A stretch of DNA of 64,000 bases from Candidatus Chisholmbacteria bacterium (GCA_963704905.1 CAVPHZ010000002.1:364905-428904); one strand, 5' to 3'. Shown: positions 30,390 to 39,975, counted from the stretch's first letter. Notes: generated by a model not told the origin, from the sequence alone. Numbers and translations: made by a program.

Positions 30390-30549
30390 TTGTATTGCAA
30401 GTTTTTTCGGAACCGGCCCAACTGATCTTTAATCCCCTCCTTCCCTTACTTAAGACAAACTACCCCAGCACCAGTAAGTATGGGAATGGATACAGAAAAT
30501 CATTTCGTGTATTAGAAAGATGATGATGAACGATTCTTGCTTCGAATCG

Positions 30550-31914
30550 TTAGGGGCTTTCCTGCCCTAACATACAGTGGATTAAAACTTTTTCAGCGAT
30601 TGCTCTCCAAAAAAGTTTCACCCCATCCCCCCGAAGCTCAGGATGATCAACATATCCGGAAAACTGGGCCATTGCTTCAAGTACTCCCAGTTCCCGTAAC
30701 TGTACAATCATTTCTCCGGCTTTAACTCCAGATGTTGGCAGCATAATCCCCCGCCACTCATGAGCTCGTGTAAGAATTTGCGGGTCAATGGTGGCAGGCT
30801 TCATTTGAACAAGTTTCTCAAGATGTTCTTGTTCCTCAACTGTTGGCATAAGTCTGTGTCTGCGCAGGAACGAAACATTGTCATCCTCCTGCCTCCCCAC
30901 CGGATCAGAAAACAGCAGTATCACTCCACCCCGTTGTTTTGGTGTGACCAGTGATTTAAACGACTGTTCCGACGGCTTCGTGATCTCAACAGCAAATACC
31001 GAACTGCGATACAACCGCTCGTACTCCAACACAACATCGCGGTCTCGCTCATCTCCGGCAACGTTCACGGAAGGGTGACGCTGACACCATGTGAGAAAAG
31101 ACTTCGTGTAGGAAGAATCTCTGGCTACCACGGTAACGTCTGAAAAACCTCCATATCCGATCGTCGTAATCAGATCCTGAAAATAGCCAAGCTGAACTGC
31201 TGCTCCGGATATGGGAATAATTACCTGCAGTTTTCTCTTTGATGTCGGTTTGAGCTGCTCTGCGCGTTCCGCATAGTCTGCTTCTGAAAGCATGTCTGCA
31301 AACGTCTTTGATATCGGATACGGAGACACAATCAGTTCGGGCACATTCTTTGTAAAACGGTTGAAATATTTAAGAAGGGCCTCTTTGGTTGACCCGCTCG
31401 GTACAAACAGGTAATCAGCCCCATTCACAGCCCAAATATTCTGTGGTGAATCATCCGTATCGATAACTGCAAGCACTACACACACTCCTAATTCCTCAGA
31501 TAGCTGATCTTTCACCTCAGCAATCTGATGAGCCAGGCTGAAATGGGTTGACACAACGATCACGGCTCTGGGAACTGGTCTCCTGCGCTTAATCAACGCA
31601 TGTAATCGGTTGTATGCCTCTGTACTTTTACTCCGCAATCGTTTTCTGTACCACCGGGTAAATGTTTCTTCAAACATGGGGTTATTTTGTACGAATTCCA
31701 TTCCCGCACGCAGTCTATGATCTCGGCTTGCAACCCGGTGCAACCATTGAATGGAGGGATCTTTAATGCCTACGATTTCCGACCGGACATCTTTTGGTAA
31801 CCCCAATCGTATTGCCTCAGTTACCCGAACGTGACCTAACCCAGCTGGAGCTGTGGTGAGAATAACTTGGACATCCTCGCGTTTGTAAAACTCACGTACT
31901 TCACTCGTTGTCAT
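30550..31914 (-). CDS. GT-B glycosyltransferase-like protein (MGDG-synthase/GT28-like N-terminal GxGH motif)
   Basis: VILTTAPAGLGHVRVTEAI N-terminal motif; 454 aa. Confidence 0.4.
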   Translation of the reverse strand: MTTSEVREFYKREDVQVILTTAPAGLGHVRVTEAIRLGLPKDVRSEIVGIKDPSIQWLHRVASRDHRLRAGMEFVQNNPMFEETFTRWYRKRLRSKSTEAYNRLHALIKRRRPVPRAVIVVSTHFSLAHQIAEVKDQLSEELGVCVVLAVIDTDDSPQNIWAVNGADYLFVPSGSTKEALLKYFNRFTKNVPELIVSPYPISKTFADMLSEADYAERAEQLKPTSKRKLQVIIPISGAAVQLGYFQDLITTIGYGGFSDVTVVARDSSYTKSFLTWCQRHPSVNVAGDERDRDVVLEYERLYRSSVFAVEITKPSEQSFKSLVTPKQRGGVILLFSDPVGRQEDDNVSFLRRHRLMPTVEEQEHLEKLVQMKPATIDPQILTRAHEWRGIMLPTSGVKAGEMIVQLRELGVLEAMAQFSGYVDHPELRGDGVKLFWRAIAEKVLIHCMLGQESP

Positions 31915-32016
31915 ACATCAAGTCTAGCCAACCTACAAATAGAATGCAAAGTGTATTGATGGCAGGCGCTAGTTCAAATCTAGACAAAATGATCAGGAGG
32001 CCGTACGATTATTATC

Positions 32017-33330
32017 ATGGACCAAGAATTCCAACAAATTCTCGAGAAAGAACGCGAACTCCTCGAACAGGTAGAAGTCCCCATCACCACCGTCTCTGCA
32101 ACCTATTTCGACCAGATTGAACAGGAGCATGCCTACCAATTCAATCGTGAAGAAGTGGTATTCAGCCGAGCCCACTACTCCCAAGCACTCTCTCTGCTCG
32201 TTCAAGCCAGCTTCTCAGACAAGACTTTCTGGCTCGACGATCCCACCAATTTTGTTGCCGCCGAAGACTGGCAAAAAGTAGTCATGACGGAAAAAATCGC
32301 CGAAGCCGTCGCCCGCCATGACCTCTTGAAAAAGCTGAAAGACCTTGTCGACACACGGGCAAGGAACAAACTCCCTATTTCCGAAGCCATCAGAGAACCG
32401 CTCCTCTACCTCTTTAAAAATGTCACTCGTCCCATCGCCTCGTTTCACTACGAAACAGGAAATGTCCTCATCGAGGCAGGAAAAACCGTGCTACAAGCCG
32501 TAACAGATCCGCATGTACGTCCGCAATATCTGAAAAATGTCGACAATCCCAAACTCCACTATGCGGTGTTTGATGATAAAACCAAAATCGAAATCTTGGA
32601 AGGAACAGCGCGTGAAGGAAAAAAACTACATCCGGACCGGGTCCATGTAACTGGACCGCCGGTGGATCCAAGAATCGTCTTTGCCAGAGACGAAAAATCG
32701 GCCGGAAAGCTGACCGATAGACTAAAAGCAGGTGGCAAGCTTCGCCTCGCGATTACAACCGGAGGTTTAGGGACAAATAGGAATGAAATCGAGACGATAT
32801 TGCGTCAACTCGTTCCATATATCAATAATGAAAAACCGACTATCCAACTTGTTTGCTACGCCGGAACCCATGAAGACTTTGCCTCTATGTTCGGAAAATT
32901 TGCGGTTGATAACAACATCAGCGTCGGTAATGAAAGTGACCCTGATGCCATGTACCGAATTCTGAGGGGCGACAACATCATGGATGCCAATGAAAAGCTG
33001 GTCGATTGGATGTTCCCTTGGACAGATGGCATCATCACCAAACCAAGCGGCGACATGGCTTACGATGGTGCAGCAGCCGGATGTTTCCTCCTCTGCATGG
33101 AACCTTGGGGAGTATGGGAAGAAAGAATTTTAGAAACCTTTGAACAGCGGGGTGTCGCCAGACGCGCCACTCCAGAAACCTTTGACAGCCAGCTACAAGC
33201 CTTGGGAACACCCGCCATTCACGAGCAGGAAACCTGGTTTTCTCACGCGATTGAGTCTTCGCTTCGGCTCGATCCCCTCTTCACATCTGGAGCCCAAAAC
33301 ATCCTTGAATCTCTACTATCCTTGAGTTAA
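32017..33330 (+). CDS. hypothetical protein (possible GT-B fold; divergent from 30550 gene)
   Basis: 437 aa. The RLAITTGGLGTN stretch resembles a GT-B C-domain start. Confidence 0.3.
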   Translation: MDQEFQQILEKERELLEQVEVPITTVSATYFDQIEQEHAYQFNREEVVFSRAHYSQALSLLVQASFSDKTFWLDDPTNFVAAEDWQKVVMTEKIAEAVARHDLLKKLKDLVDTRARNKLPISEAIREPLLYLFKNVTRPIASFHYETGNVLIEAGKTVLQAVTDPHVRPQYLKNVDNPKLHYAVFDDKTKIEILEGTAREGKKLHPDRVHVTGPPVDPRIVFARDEKSAGKLTDRLKAGGKLRLAITTGGLGTNRNEIETILRQLVPYINNEKPTIQLVCYAGTHEDFASMFGKFAVDNNISVGNESDPDAMYRILRGDNIMDANEKLVDWMFPWTDGIITKPSGDMAYDGAAAGCFLLCMEPWGVWEERILETFEQRGVARRATPETFDSQLQALGTPAIHEQETWFSHAIESSLRLDPLFTSGAQNILESLLSLS

Positions 33331-33351
33331 ATAGTATTTATAATAGAACGC

Positions 33352-33627
33352 ATGCAAGAAAATGAAGAACCGGTGCTTCCAGTCGAAGGTGATGACCAGG
33401 TTGACTGGGTCAGAGGAGGTCGGGAAGCTGATCTCACGAATGTAGATGCACATAAACTTGTTAAAGCAGCAAAAGAAAGAGGTATTCGAGTAGATCTTAC
33501 AGAAAGTGGACCGGGGAAAAGAAAAGGGAAAGTTTACAAAGTTGAAGTAGAGGGTATGCCAGGCCCATTCAGTTGGTTTAAAAGATTATTTCGAAAAAAA
33601 CCCAAACCACCCGAGTCTACTGAGTAA
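33352..33627 (+). CDS. hypothetical protein
   Basis: 91-aa ORF. TATAAT lies 7 nt upstream of the ATG. Confidence 0.35.
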   Translation: MQENEEPVLPVEGDDQVDWVRGGREADLTNVDAHKLVKAAKERGIRVDLTESGPGKRKGKVYKVEVEGMPGPFSWFKRLFRKKPKPPESTE

Positions 33628-33702
33628 TTTAACTTAAAAATATCATCTTGATTCTTCGAGTAATTGATCTCAATTCTTCAACAAAATACCATTCTCTAAA
33701 TT

Positions 33703-34686
33703 CTAAAAACCAGCGATCGTAAGAGCATGTGCCAGAAAACCTTCAACATCTTTTACACACTCATCCACATACTGTAATCCTGATCTCAATTCCTGAAATG
33801 ATGGAAACTCGACTCCGTCTACTAGACTGTTGAGATGATCCACAATATTAATTCCCACACTCTCGTTCATCAATACAATTGTTGCGTACTTCCTAGTCTC
33901 TACAGCTGCAGAAGTACTTGGATCTTGTAGTTCTGGTCTTTGCCAAAATGTTTCTGAAACACCCGCTTGTTTAATAATTTCTATTCTCTCTTTTGCTCTC
34001 AGTTCACTACCGGCAGTCAATAAATCGGTTCGTTTATCGATACCAGATAGTATGCTCTTCCCATTTCTGCCAATCTGATTGTCAGGATTATTTTTTTGAT
34101 TCAGTTTCCCTAAATTATAGAGAACAGATAACAAAACTCGTCTTCTTTCAATCATGCCTCCCCGACCACCTTCACTTGCATTAACTCCGAACATTTCTGA
34201 AGAGGCTTTTGTTAATGTTGATAATTGAAACGCTACCTTAAGCTTCTCTTCCAGATCAGTTGATCCACCAGGAAATTTACTTCTTTCAACTGCGATAAGA
34301 TGTGCCATAAAGTTTTCAGCAATCCGATCAGCCAGCACATCTTTAACAGCACCTTCTGGTGATGAAATTTCTAAATATCGGGCAAGTGCACCATCAGCGG
34401 CATCTAACACTCCTCCTAAGATGAGTCTCCCCACATTTGTGTAGTGTACGCCGTGCACTAGAGATTCTGAGGCTTCCAAGGTGATGTGCAATCCTGTAAG
34501 AGTAAGGTGGTCAGGATGCAAATCACCTCCATTAGTCAACACTTCTTCAACTGGGGTTCCTTTCATCCACCCAATACGATGGGTTAGTCCAACTATATAG
34601 GGAATATGCCGTTCAAAGGTACTTTGAACTCGTCTCAGGGGATGATCTCTGTGGCTTGCTTGATCTGATCCTTGTTCTTTCGTCAC
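33703..34686 (-). CDS. hypothetical protein (contains D-x2-DG-x2-AR-like motif but is not hydrophobic)
   Basis: 327-aa ORF with a GGVLDAADGALARYL stretch. Confidence 0.35.
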   Translation of the reverse strand: MTKEQGSDQASHRDHPLRRVQSTFERHIPYIVGLTHRIGWMKGTPVEEVLTNGGDLHPDHLTLTGLHITLEASESLVHGVHYTNVGRLILGGVLDAADGALARYLEISSPEGAVKDVLADRIAENFMAHLIAVERSKFPGGSTDLEEKLKVAFQLSTLTKASSEMFGVNASEGGRGGMIERRRVLLSVLYNLGKLNQKNNPDNQIGRNGKSILSGIDKRTDLLTAGSELRAKERIEIIKQAGVSETFWQRPELQDPSTSAAVETRKYATIVLMNESVGINIVDHLNSLVDGVEFPSFQELRSGLQYVDECVKDVEGFLAHALTIAGF

Positions 34687-34740
34687 AATAAAGTGAAAAA
34701 ATTCAATGTATAGAAAAAATTGAAACCGTACAGCCAGTTT

Positions 34741-34917
34741 TTACTTCAACTTACTCGTCTCTTTATGGAAAGTATGCTTGCGGCAACTTTTACAGTACTT
34801 TTTTAGTTCGAGCTTCTCAGGAGTATTAACCTTATTACGTTCCGTAATGTAGTTAAACTTCCCACATTCAGAACACTTCATACCGAAGACCTGTCGCGGT
34901 CCTTTCTTTTTTGCCAT
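34741..34917 (-). CDS. rpmG: 50S ribosomal protein L33
   Basis: Translation: [58 protein letters not shown]. Below the ORF-track size cut-off. Lies downstream of tRNA-Thr. Confidence 0.75.
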   Translation of the reverse strand: MAKKKGPRQVFGMKCSECGKFNYITERNKVNTPEKLELKKYCKSCRKHTFHKETSKLK

Positions 34918-34980
34918 ACACTATCCTCCTTAATGATTTTTGAATTCTACCAGAGATGAAAAGAAAACTCTAGCCTGTTG

Positions 34981-35052
34981 AGCCTAGGGTGGGAATTGAA
35001 CCCACGACCTCTTTCTTACCAAGAAAGCATTCTACCACTGAACTACCTAGGC
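34981..35052 (-). tRNA. tRNA-Thr (anticodon GGU)
   Basis: Acceptor GCCTAGG/CCTAGGC, D-arm GTTCAGTGGTAGAAT, anticodon stem CTTTC/GAAAG with loop TTGGTAA, T-arm GTGGGTTCAATTCCCAC. Confidence 0.8.
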
Positions 35053-35118
35053 GAGAACACGAAATATTGTACCAAAAAGATAGACAAGGAAAAACTTTAA
35101 CCTAAAAGAAGACCCGAA

Positions 35119-35520
35119 CTATTCTGCAATGAAACCGGTTACAGTAACTTCGATCTCACCAAACGCATGAGGTGAGTCACTCACAAGACGCGCTGTCTCA
35201 TTGAGGTCACCATTGCCACCAGTGAAGTGAATGCGAGCATAGGAAGCAAAATCACTCTCTTCAAGACCAAGCGTAAAATCATCGCCAGTGTATGGTTCTC
35301 TATTTCCAAGAGCATTATGCATCACGTCACCGGTAATCATGTCTTCAACATCAAAAACCACATAATTCCCATCTTGCTCATTGGCAAGAATCACTGATGC
35401 TGGTGTAGCATCACCAATAACTCGAGTAGTTTTTTCCCAGGATCGAAATGCCGAAACCAGAAGTATAACACCGAAGAGAGCAAAGAACAAAGATGGAACA
35501 GCGGTCTTTCTATGTTTCAT
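35119..35520 (-). CDS. N-terminally anchored hypothetical protein
   Basis: Signal/TM at the N-terminus; 133 aa. Confidence 0.4.
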   Translation of the reverse strand: MKHRKTAVPSLFFALFGVILLVSAFRSWEKTTRVIGDATPASVILANEQDGNYVVFDVEDMITGDVMHNALGNREPYTGDDFTLGLEESDFASYARIHFTGGNGDLNETARLVSDSPHAFGEIEVTVTGFIAE

Positions 35521-35571
35521 TGTTCTATAAATATGCTAGACAAGTTCCAGAAAAGAATCAAGTAACAATCC

Positions 35572-36003
35572 TTAACAGTCTTTTCCATCATCACAAGGCT
35601 TATAGATAAATTGCTCAATGGAAATGACTATATCGCCAACTAGACGTGCTTCTCCGGATGTAATCGTTACAGTTTCGTAAACCTCTTTTCCAAGATTTTC
35701 AACCAAAACTGTTGCGTTCGTATCATAATCAGTATTCATAAGTGTAATTCTGTACCCAGCCACTTTCTCCGGAACAACATTGATTTGTTTCATTTGGACG
35801 TCCCCGCTTTTCGTATCCTCAATTCGGATCTCAACCACTTTTTTGCTGAGGATTCCTCCTCCAGCCTCTTGTCCGTCTTCAAACAATGAGAGTTTTCCCA
35901 AAGAAATTCCAGCAGAATCAATCCAGGTCGCCATCAGCACAATAAAAATCGCTACACCGAAAAGAAGTGTAAGAATAAGCGCAGACCCGTGCTGAGTTTT
36001 CAT
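35572..36003 (-). CDS. N-terminally anchored hypothetical protein
   Basis: Signal/TM at the N-terminus; 143 aa. In tandem with the previous gene. Confidence 0.4.
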   Translation of the reverse strand: MKTQHGSALILTLLFGVAIFIVLMATWIDSAGISLGKLSLFEDGQEAGGGILSKKVVEIRIEDTKSGDVQMKQINVVPEKVAGYRITLMNTDYDTNATVLVENLGKEVYETVTITSGEARLVGDIVISIEQFIYKPCDDGKDC

Positions 36004-36084
36004 CTGAAGTAAATCTAAATGTTACTGAAAAAGAGATCAATGTTAAAAATTAAAAGATATGTGCAGGTCTGAAAATCTTTGGGA

Positions 36085-36250
36085 GTGTCTATACTAAGGA
36101 GTGATGCTGTAGAAGTGTCTACACTGAGAAGTGGAACATATGAAGTGTTTACGCGCAGGAGTGGAACATATGAAGTGTTTACGCGCAGGAGTGGAACGCA
36201 AGAAGTGTTTACACTGAGGAGTTGGAACGACGAAGTGCTGGGAGAGGGAT
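36085..36250. repeat. 30-bp tandem repeat (~5.5 copies) abutting and overlapping the 3' end of tRNA-Tyr
   Basis: Unit GTGGAACATATGAAGTGTTTACGCGCAGGA occurs at 36131-36160 and identically at 36161-36190. Diverged copies lie at 36101-36130, 36191-36220 and 36221-36250. Copies are contiguous with no spacers. Confidence 0.7.
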
Positions 36251-36318
36251 TCGAACCCCCGTAGGCTTGCGCCGTCGGTTTTACAGACCGATCCATTTGT
36301 CCACTCTGGCATCCCAGC
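36236..36318 (-). tRNA. tRNA-Tyr (anticodon GUA), type II with long variable arm
   Basis: Acceptor GCTGGGA/TCCCAGC, anticodon stem TCGGT/ACCGA with loop CTGTAAA, long variable arm, T-arm GGGGG-TTCGAAT-CCCTC. Confidence 0.8.
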
Positions 36319-36356
36319 TCAATGTAATAATCTAAACAAGATAAAATTGACTTGAT

Positions 36357-36515
36357 TTACTGATCCTGATTTTCATCAGGTAGCAAATCTTCGGGATTTA
36401 CTTCAGTCACTTTTTTCTTTAATAATTTTGCGATTTCTTTTATTTCTGCATCTGCAACAGCATCACCTGTCTGCTCAGATGGTTCCTGACCATTACCTTC
36501 TCCCTCTTCCTGCAT
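36357..36515 (-). CDS. small acidic protein (52 aa) with strong SD
   Basis: GGAGGTGGGGAAC precedes the ATG. Translation MQEEGEGNGQEPSEQTGDAVADAEIKEIAKLLKKKVTEVNPEDLLPDENQDQ. Below the ORF-track cut-off. Confidence 0.3.
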   Translation of the reverse strand: MQEEGEGNGQEPSEQTGDAVADAEIKEIAKLLKKKVTEVNPEDLLPDENQDQ

Positions 36516-36601
36516 GTTCCCCACCTCCTATCTCGGACTTGATTGTACCAGAGAAAAACATTAGCCTCAACTTATTCCCGCTCTCTGCTACAATAAACGA
36601 T

Positions 36602-37558
36602 ATGTCAGAAGACGAAGCAGGCTGGATAGCAGAACGCCGATCACTCCAAGTCACCCTAAAAGAACCGATAAGCACCCCAAAGTTTAAAAACACTCGCCTG
36701 CTACTGCCTCTGGATGAAGATTTGGATAGCTATGATCAAAAAATTGCAGTGTTCGATGAGGTAAAAACAGAAATCCGAGACTTTCCTTCCGGACCAGATG
36801 AAGATGAGCTGAGGGCAAAACGGGATTCAGTTCAAGCTCAAAAAGACAGACTTCTTAGCTACCTTGATGAATATAAAAATCCCGAAACCGTAGTCACCGC
36901 ACTGCGAAAAAAGGCGCACAGCCCGCTGGTAACCCGAAATAAGGCCGAGGAAATACGCGCTGACAGCACATTTCTAAAAGAACGGCTGACACAGATGAAA
37001 AGCTGGACAGACACAGTTACCGGTTTGTATTCAAGGACCGGGTTTATCGAACAGATGAGCCAACTCATCGAAAATCCGGAATTATTTATCGAACAGGGAA
37101 GCGAAAATCTCGTCGGAAGTTCAGTTGGACTAATCATGCTTGACCTGGATAAGTTTAAAGACTTCAACGAACGGTTCGGTCACGGAAAAGGAGACGAAGT
37201 GCTGGAAAAGTTTTGCACCCAGGCGGTCGAAGCATTGCGCGATTTCGATATCATGTTCCGCTTCGGAGGTGAAGAATTTGTCATCGTACTCTTCGGTGGA
37301 GATATTGATAAATTACTCCTAACTGACGTTCGCGTTTTCGAACGGTTAAAAAACCTGAATATCACTGGACCTGGAGGAGAAGTACTGCAGGTAAATTTCT
37401 CTGCAGGTGGTGACGTCGTTGAATGGGATAACTTCGCTGAGGCAATCAAAAAAGGTGATAGAGAATCATTAAACAAGCTACTCAAACAGGCTAATCAGAA
37501 TATGCGTCAAGCTAAAACTGAAGGGAGAGGAAGAATGGTCACCAGTGAGGATAAATAA
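36602..37558 (+). CDS. GGDEF-domain diguanylate cyclase
   Basis: GGDEF domain with GGEEF active site (FRFGGEEFVIVL) and RxGGDEF-type features. Start chosen at ATG 36602, 7 nt after CTCTGCTACAAT; the track ORF starts at 36428. Confidence 0.7.
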   Translation: MSEDEAGWIAERRSLQVTLKEPISTPKFKNTRLLLPLDEDLDSYDQKIAVFDEVKTEIRDFPSGPDEDELRAKRDSVQAQKDRLLSYLDEYKNPETVVTALRKKAHSPLVTRNKAEEIRADSTFLKERLTQMKSWTDTVTGLYSRTGFIEQMSQLIENPELFIEQGSENLVGSSVGLIMLDLDKFKDFNERFGHGKGDEVLEKFCTQAVEALRDFDIMFRFGGEEFVIVLFGGDIDKLLLTDVRVFERLKNLNITGPGGEVLQVNFSAGGDVVEWDNFAEAIKKGDRESLNKLLKQANQNMRQAKTEGRGRMVTSEDK

Positions 37559-37560
37559 TG

Positions 37561-37633
37561 AGCCGAGGGTGGGATTCGAACCCACGACCCCCTGTTTACA
37601 AAACAGGTGCTCTAACCACTGAGCTATCTCGGC
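37561..37633 (-). tRNA. tRNA-Thr (anticodon UGU)
   Basis: Acceptor GCCGAGA, D-arm GCTCAGTGGTTAGAGC, anticodon stem CCTGT/ACAGG with loop TTTGTAA, T-arm GTGGGTTCGAATCCCAC. Begins 2 nt after the GGDEF stop. Confidence 0.8.
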
Positions 37634-38005
37634 ATTAAACGAAAGTATAGCAAATCTCCCTCTGGAAAACAAAACGCAACCTCAACAGACAACCCAATCC
37701 GACTGACATAAATCGTCAACCTAACTTCACAGTCGTAAGGTTCGAATCACAGGTAAATATTCTTCAAACCAAAAACAATTCTAGAAACGTAAAAATGCCC
37801 CACGTAAGAGCGTTAACGAAAGTATATCCCCCGGATGAATCCAGGTGGGTGGGCCTGGTTAAACTCCACGGAGCTTGTTCACTTACCCTCCCAACAAAGT
37901 GTGAATTTGTGGAGGAAAATAATCCTTCGTTTTAACACGCTTCCCGTAGGGCGACTTTATTATAACAAAAAGATTTACAAAACAACACGAAGAAATCGAG
38001 GCGTT

Positions 38006-38902
38006 TTACAGATCTAGCTCTTCTATTAAGTACTTTCTAAAATCCCCATTGATATCAGGATGCCTAAGCGCAAATTCCACCACAGTCTTTAGGTATTCCA
38101 GCTTATTTCCAGTATCATAATACTTTCCTCCCTTGATCTCGCAAGCCAATATCCGCCGGCCGTTTTCTCTGAGCTGATCAATAGCTTCCGCAAGGTAATA
38201 CTCCCCTCCAGTCCCAGGTTTCTGTTTATCAAGGATAGGAAAAATATCGGGGGTAAGAATATAACATCCATGTGTTGCAATCTGACTTGGAGCCTTATCA
38301 GGGTCAGGTTTCTCAACGATACGCTTGATCTCAGAAACTTTTCCTTTTATTGGTTTCAAATTCGCAATTCCATACCTGGACAACTGTTGCTTACTATCGA
38401 TTCGGATACCAGAAATGACCGGATCACCGTACTCTTCAAATACTTCAATGCACTGCTTGAGTCTGGGTGGATCTGACCAAATAAATTCATCTCCCCAAAT
38501 TACGGCAAATGGTTCATCCCCGATCAAATGCTTAGCATTCTTCACGGGTGTAGCGTTTCCATACCCGCCTTTTTGCCGTATGTAAACAAAATTCGCGCTT
38601 TCTGCAATCGTAGCAACTTTCTTAAGCAAATCTTGTTTTCCAGTCACTTCTAGATGATATTCGAGTTCACTATTGTGATCGAAATGATCCTCAATGCTCC
38701 GCTTATGATACCCAGTCACAATAATAATATCCTCAATACCGCTTGCCACACACTCCTCAACAACATATTGTATGACCGGCTTATCAACAATCGGAAGCAT
38801 TTCCTTTGGCATTGCTTTCGTTTGAGGCAAAAACCGTGTGCCAAACCCTGCAGCAGGAATAATTGCTTTGCGAACTTTTTTTGGAGAAGGTTTCGAAGCC
38901 AT
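38006..38902 (-). CDS. galU: UTP--glucose-1-phosphate uridylyltransferase
   Basis: IIPAAGFGTRFLPQTKAMPKEMLPIVDKP nucleotidyltransferase motif. Confidence 0.8.
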   Translation of the reverse strand: MASKPSPKKVRKAIIPAAGFGTRFLPQTKAMPKEMLPIVDKPVIQYVVEECVASGIEDIIIVTGYHKRSIEDHFDHNSELEYHLEVTGKQDLLKKVATIAESANFVYIRQKGGYGNATPVKNAKHLIGDEPFAVIWGDEFIWSDPPRLKQCIEVFEEYGDPVISGIRIDSKQQLSRYGIANLKPIKGKVSEIKRIVEKPDPDKAPSQIATHGCYILTPDIFPILDKQKPGTGGEYYLAEAIDQLRENGRRILACEIKGGKYYDTGNKLEYLKTVVEFALRHPDINGDFRKYLIEELDL

Positions 38903-39003
38903 AATTAAAGGCTAGTTTCCTAGCCAATAGAATGATACTCCCCGTCTACACTCATGTCAATCAAGATGTTGTATTTTCCATCCTGTGTTAAAATAGGAGA
39001 TCA

Positions 39004-39228
39004 ATGAAAAAACTAGACGTAGCAATTGCTAAACCTGCTCTTGGAAATATCGGCCCAATTCAGTTTATTCGTCAAGCAGCCACTGAACTAAAAAAGGTGA
39101 CTTGGCCAACCAGGGCACAAACCATAAAGCTTACCGCCATTGTTATTGGTGTCTCAACTGCGGTGAGTCTATATATTACTGGACTGGATTATATATTCAC
39201 GCTTCTTACAGAAGCGATAATTAGATAA
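39004..39228 (+). CDS. secE: preprotein translocase subunit SecE
   Basis: KKVTWPTRAQTIKLTAIVIGVSTAVSLYITGLDYIF single-TM SecE signature. Precedes nusG. Confidence 0.8.
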   Translation: MKKLDVAIAKPALGNIGPIQFIRQAATELKKVTWPTRAQTIKLTAIVIGVSTAVSLYITGLDYIFTLLTEAIIR

Positions 39229-39233
39229 AAACT

Positions 39234-39935
39234 ATGGCAACCAAGAAAACAAAAATTGAAAAACCAGTAGAGATGAAAGACAAAGAGGCTAAAGAAAAAA
39301 AGCCTGCTAAGATAAAAGTCAAACCAGAAGAAACTAAGAAAGGTAAAAAGAAAGACAAGAAAGAAAAACCTGGAACAAAAAACCACTTCGTCTTCAATGA
39401 AACTAAAGATGAGCGAGCCAAATGGTACGTCGTCCACACCTACTCAGGACATGAAAATAAAGTTGCTGAGACCCTCAGTCAACGTGTCCGGTCAATGAAG
39501 CTAGAAGCCAAAATTCATGAACTTCTCGTCCCTACTCAGGAGCGAATCAAAATCCAACGCGGAGCCAAGGTAAAAGTAAAAGAAAAAATCTTCCCTGGAT
39601 ATCTTCTCGTTAAAATCGTATTGGACGAAGACTCATGGCTAGCAGTCCGAACAACACCCGGAATCACGGGTTTCGTCGGCACTGGCAACAAACCGACACC
39701 AATTTCAATGGAAGAAGTAAAAACGATTAAAAGATTCACCGAAATGGAGGCACCCAAATACAAAGCTGCCTACGCTATCGGAGACGCGGTCAAAATCATC
39801 GAAGGTCCATTTGCTGACTTCCTTGGTTCGGTGGACAGTATTGATGAAGCCAAAGGAAAGGTCCGTGTTCTCGTATCTATCTTCGGACGAGAAACCCCTG
39901 TCGAACTCGATTTCCTTCAAGTTGCACCAGTATAA
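39234..39935 (+). CDS. nusG: transcription termination/antitermination factor NusG with ~60-aa lysine-rich N-terminal extension
   Basis: NGN domain (WYVVHTYSGHENKV) and KOW domain (GDAVKIIEGPFADFLGSV). N-terminal K/E-rich low-complexity region. Confidence 0.85.
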   Translation: MATKKTKIEKPVEMKDKEAKEKKPAKIKVKPEETKKGKKKDKKEKPGTKNHFVFNETKDERAKWYVVHTYSGHENKVAETLSQRVRSMKLEAKIHELLVPTQERIKIQRGAKVKVKEKIFPGYLLVKIVLDEDSWLAVRTTPGITGFVGTGNKPTPISMEEVKTIKRFTEMEAPKYKAAYAIGDAVKIIEGPFADFLGSVDSIDEAKGKVRVLVSIFGRETPVELDFLQVAPV

Positions 39936-39961
39936 TCCCTCCTATCTTCCCAGAAACCCTG

Positions 39962-39975
39962 CAATCTGTTACAAT
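39962..39975 (+). promoter_or_regulatory. extended -10 promoter (TCTGTTACAAT) for rplK-rplA with ~335-nt leader
   Basis: The same CTCTGTTACAAT-type motif occurs upstream of def, rnhB and the GGDEF gene. Confidence 0.4.

Noticed and set aside
33703-34686. CDP-alcohol phosphatidyltransferase call based on DAADGALAR motif
   Set aside because: The protein lacks the multiple TM helices expected for that family. Left as hypothetical.
36085-36250. Possible CRISPR array
   Set aside because: Repeats are directly contiguous with no unique spacers. It is a minisatellite, not a CRISPR array.
36015-36312. Two overlapping minus-strand ORFs (93 aa and 72 aa)
   Set aside because: They run through the 30-bp tandem repeat and tRNA-Tyr. 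They are an artefact of repeat periodicity being a multiple of 3.
37725-37760. GGTTCGAATC T-loop-like sequence suggesting a fifth, plus-strand tRNA
   Set aside because: No complementary T-stem or acceptor stem could be formed. Not a tRNA.
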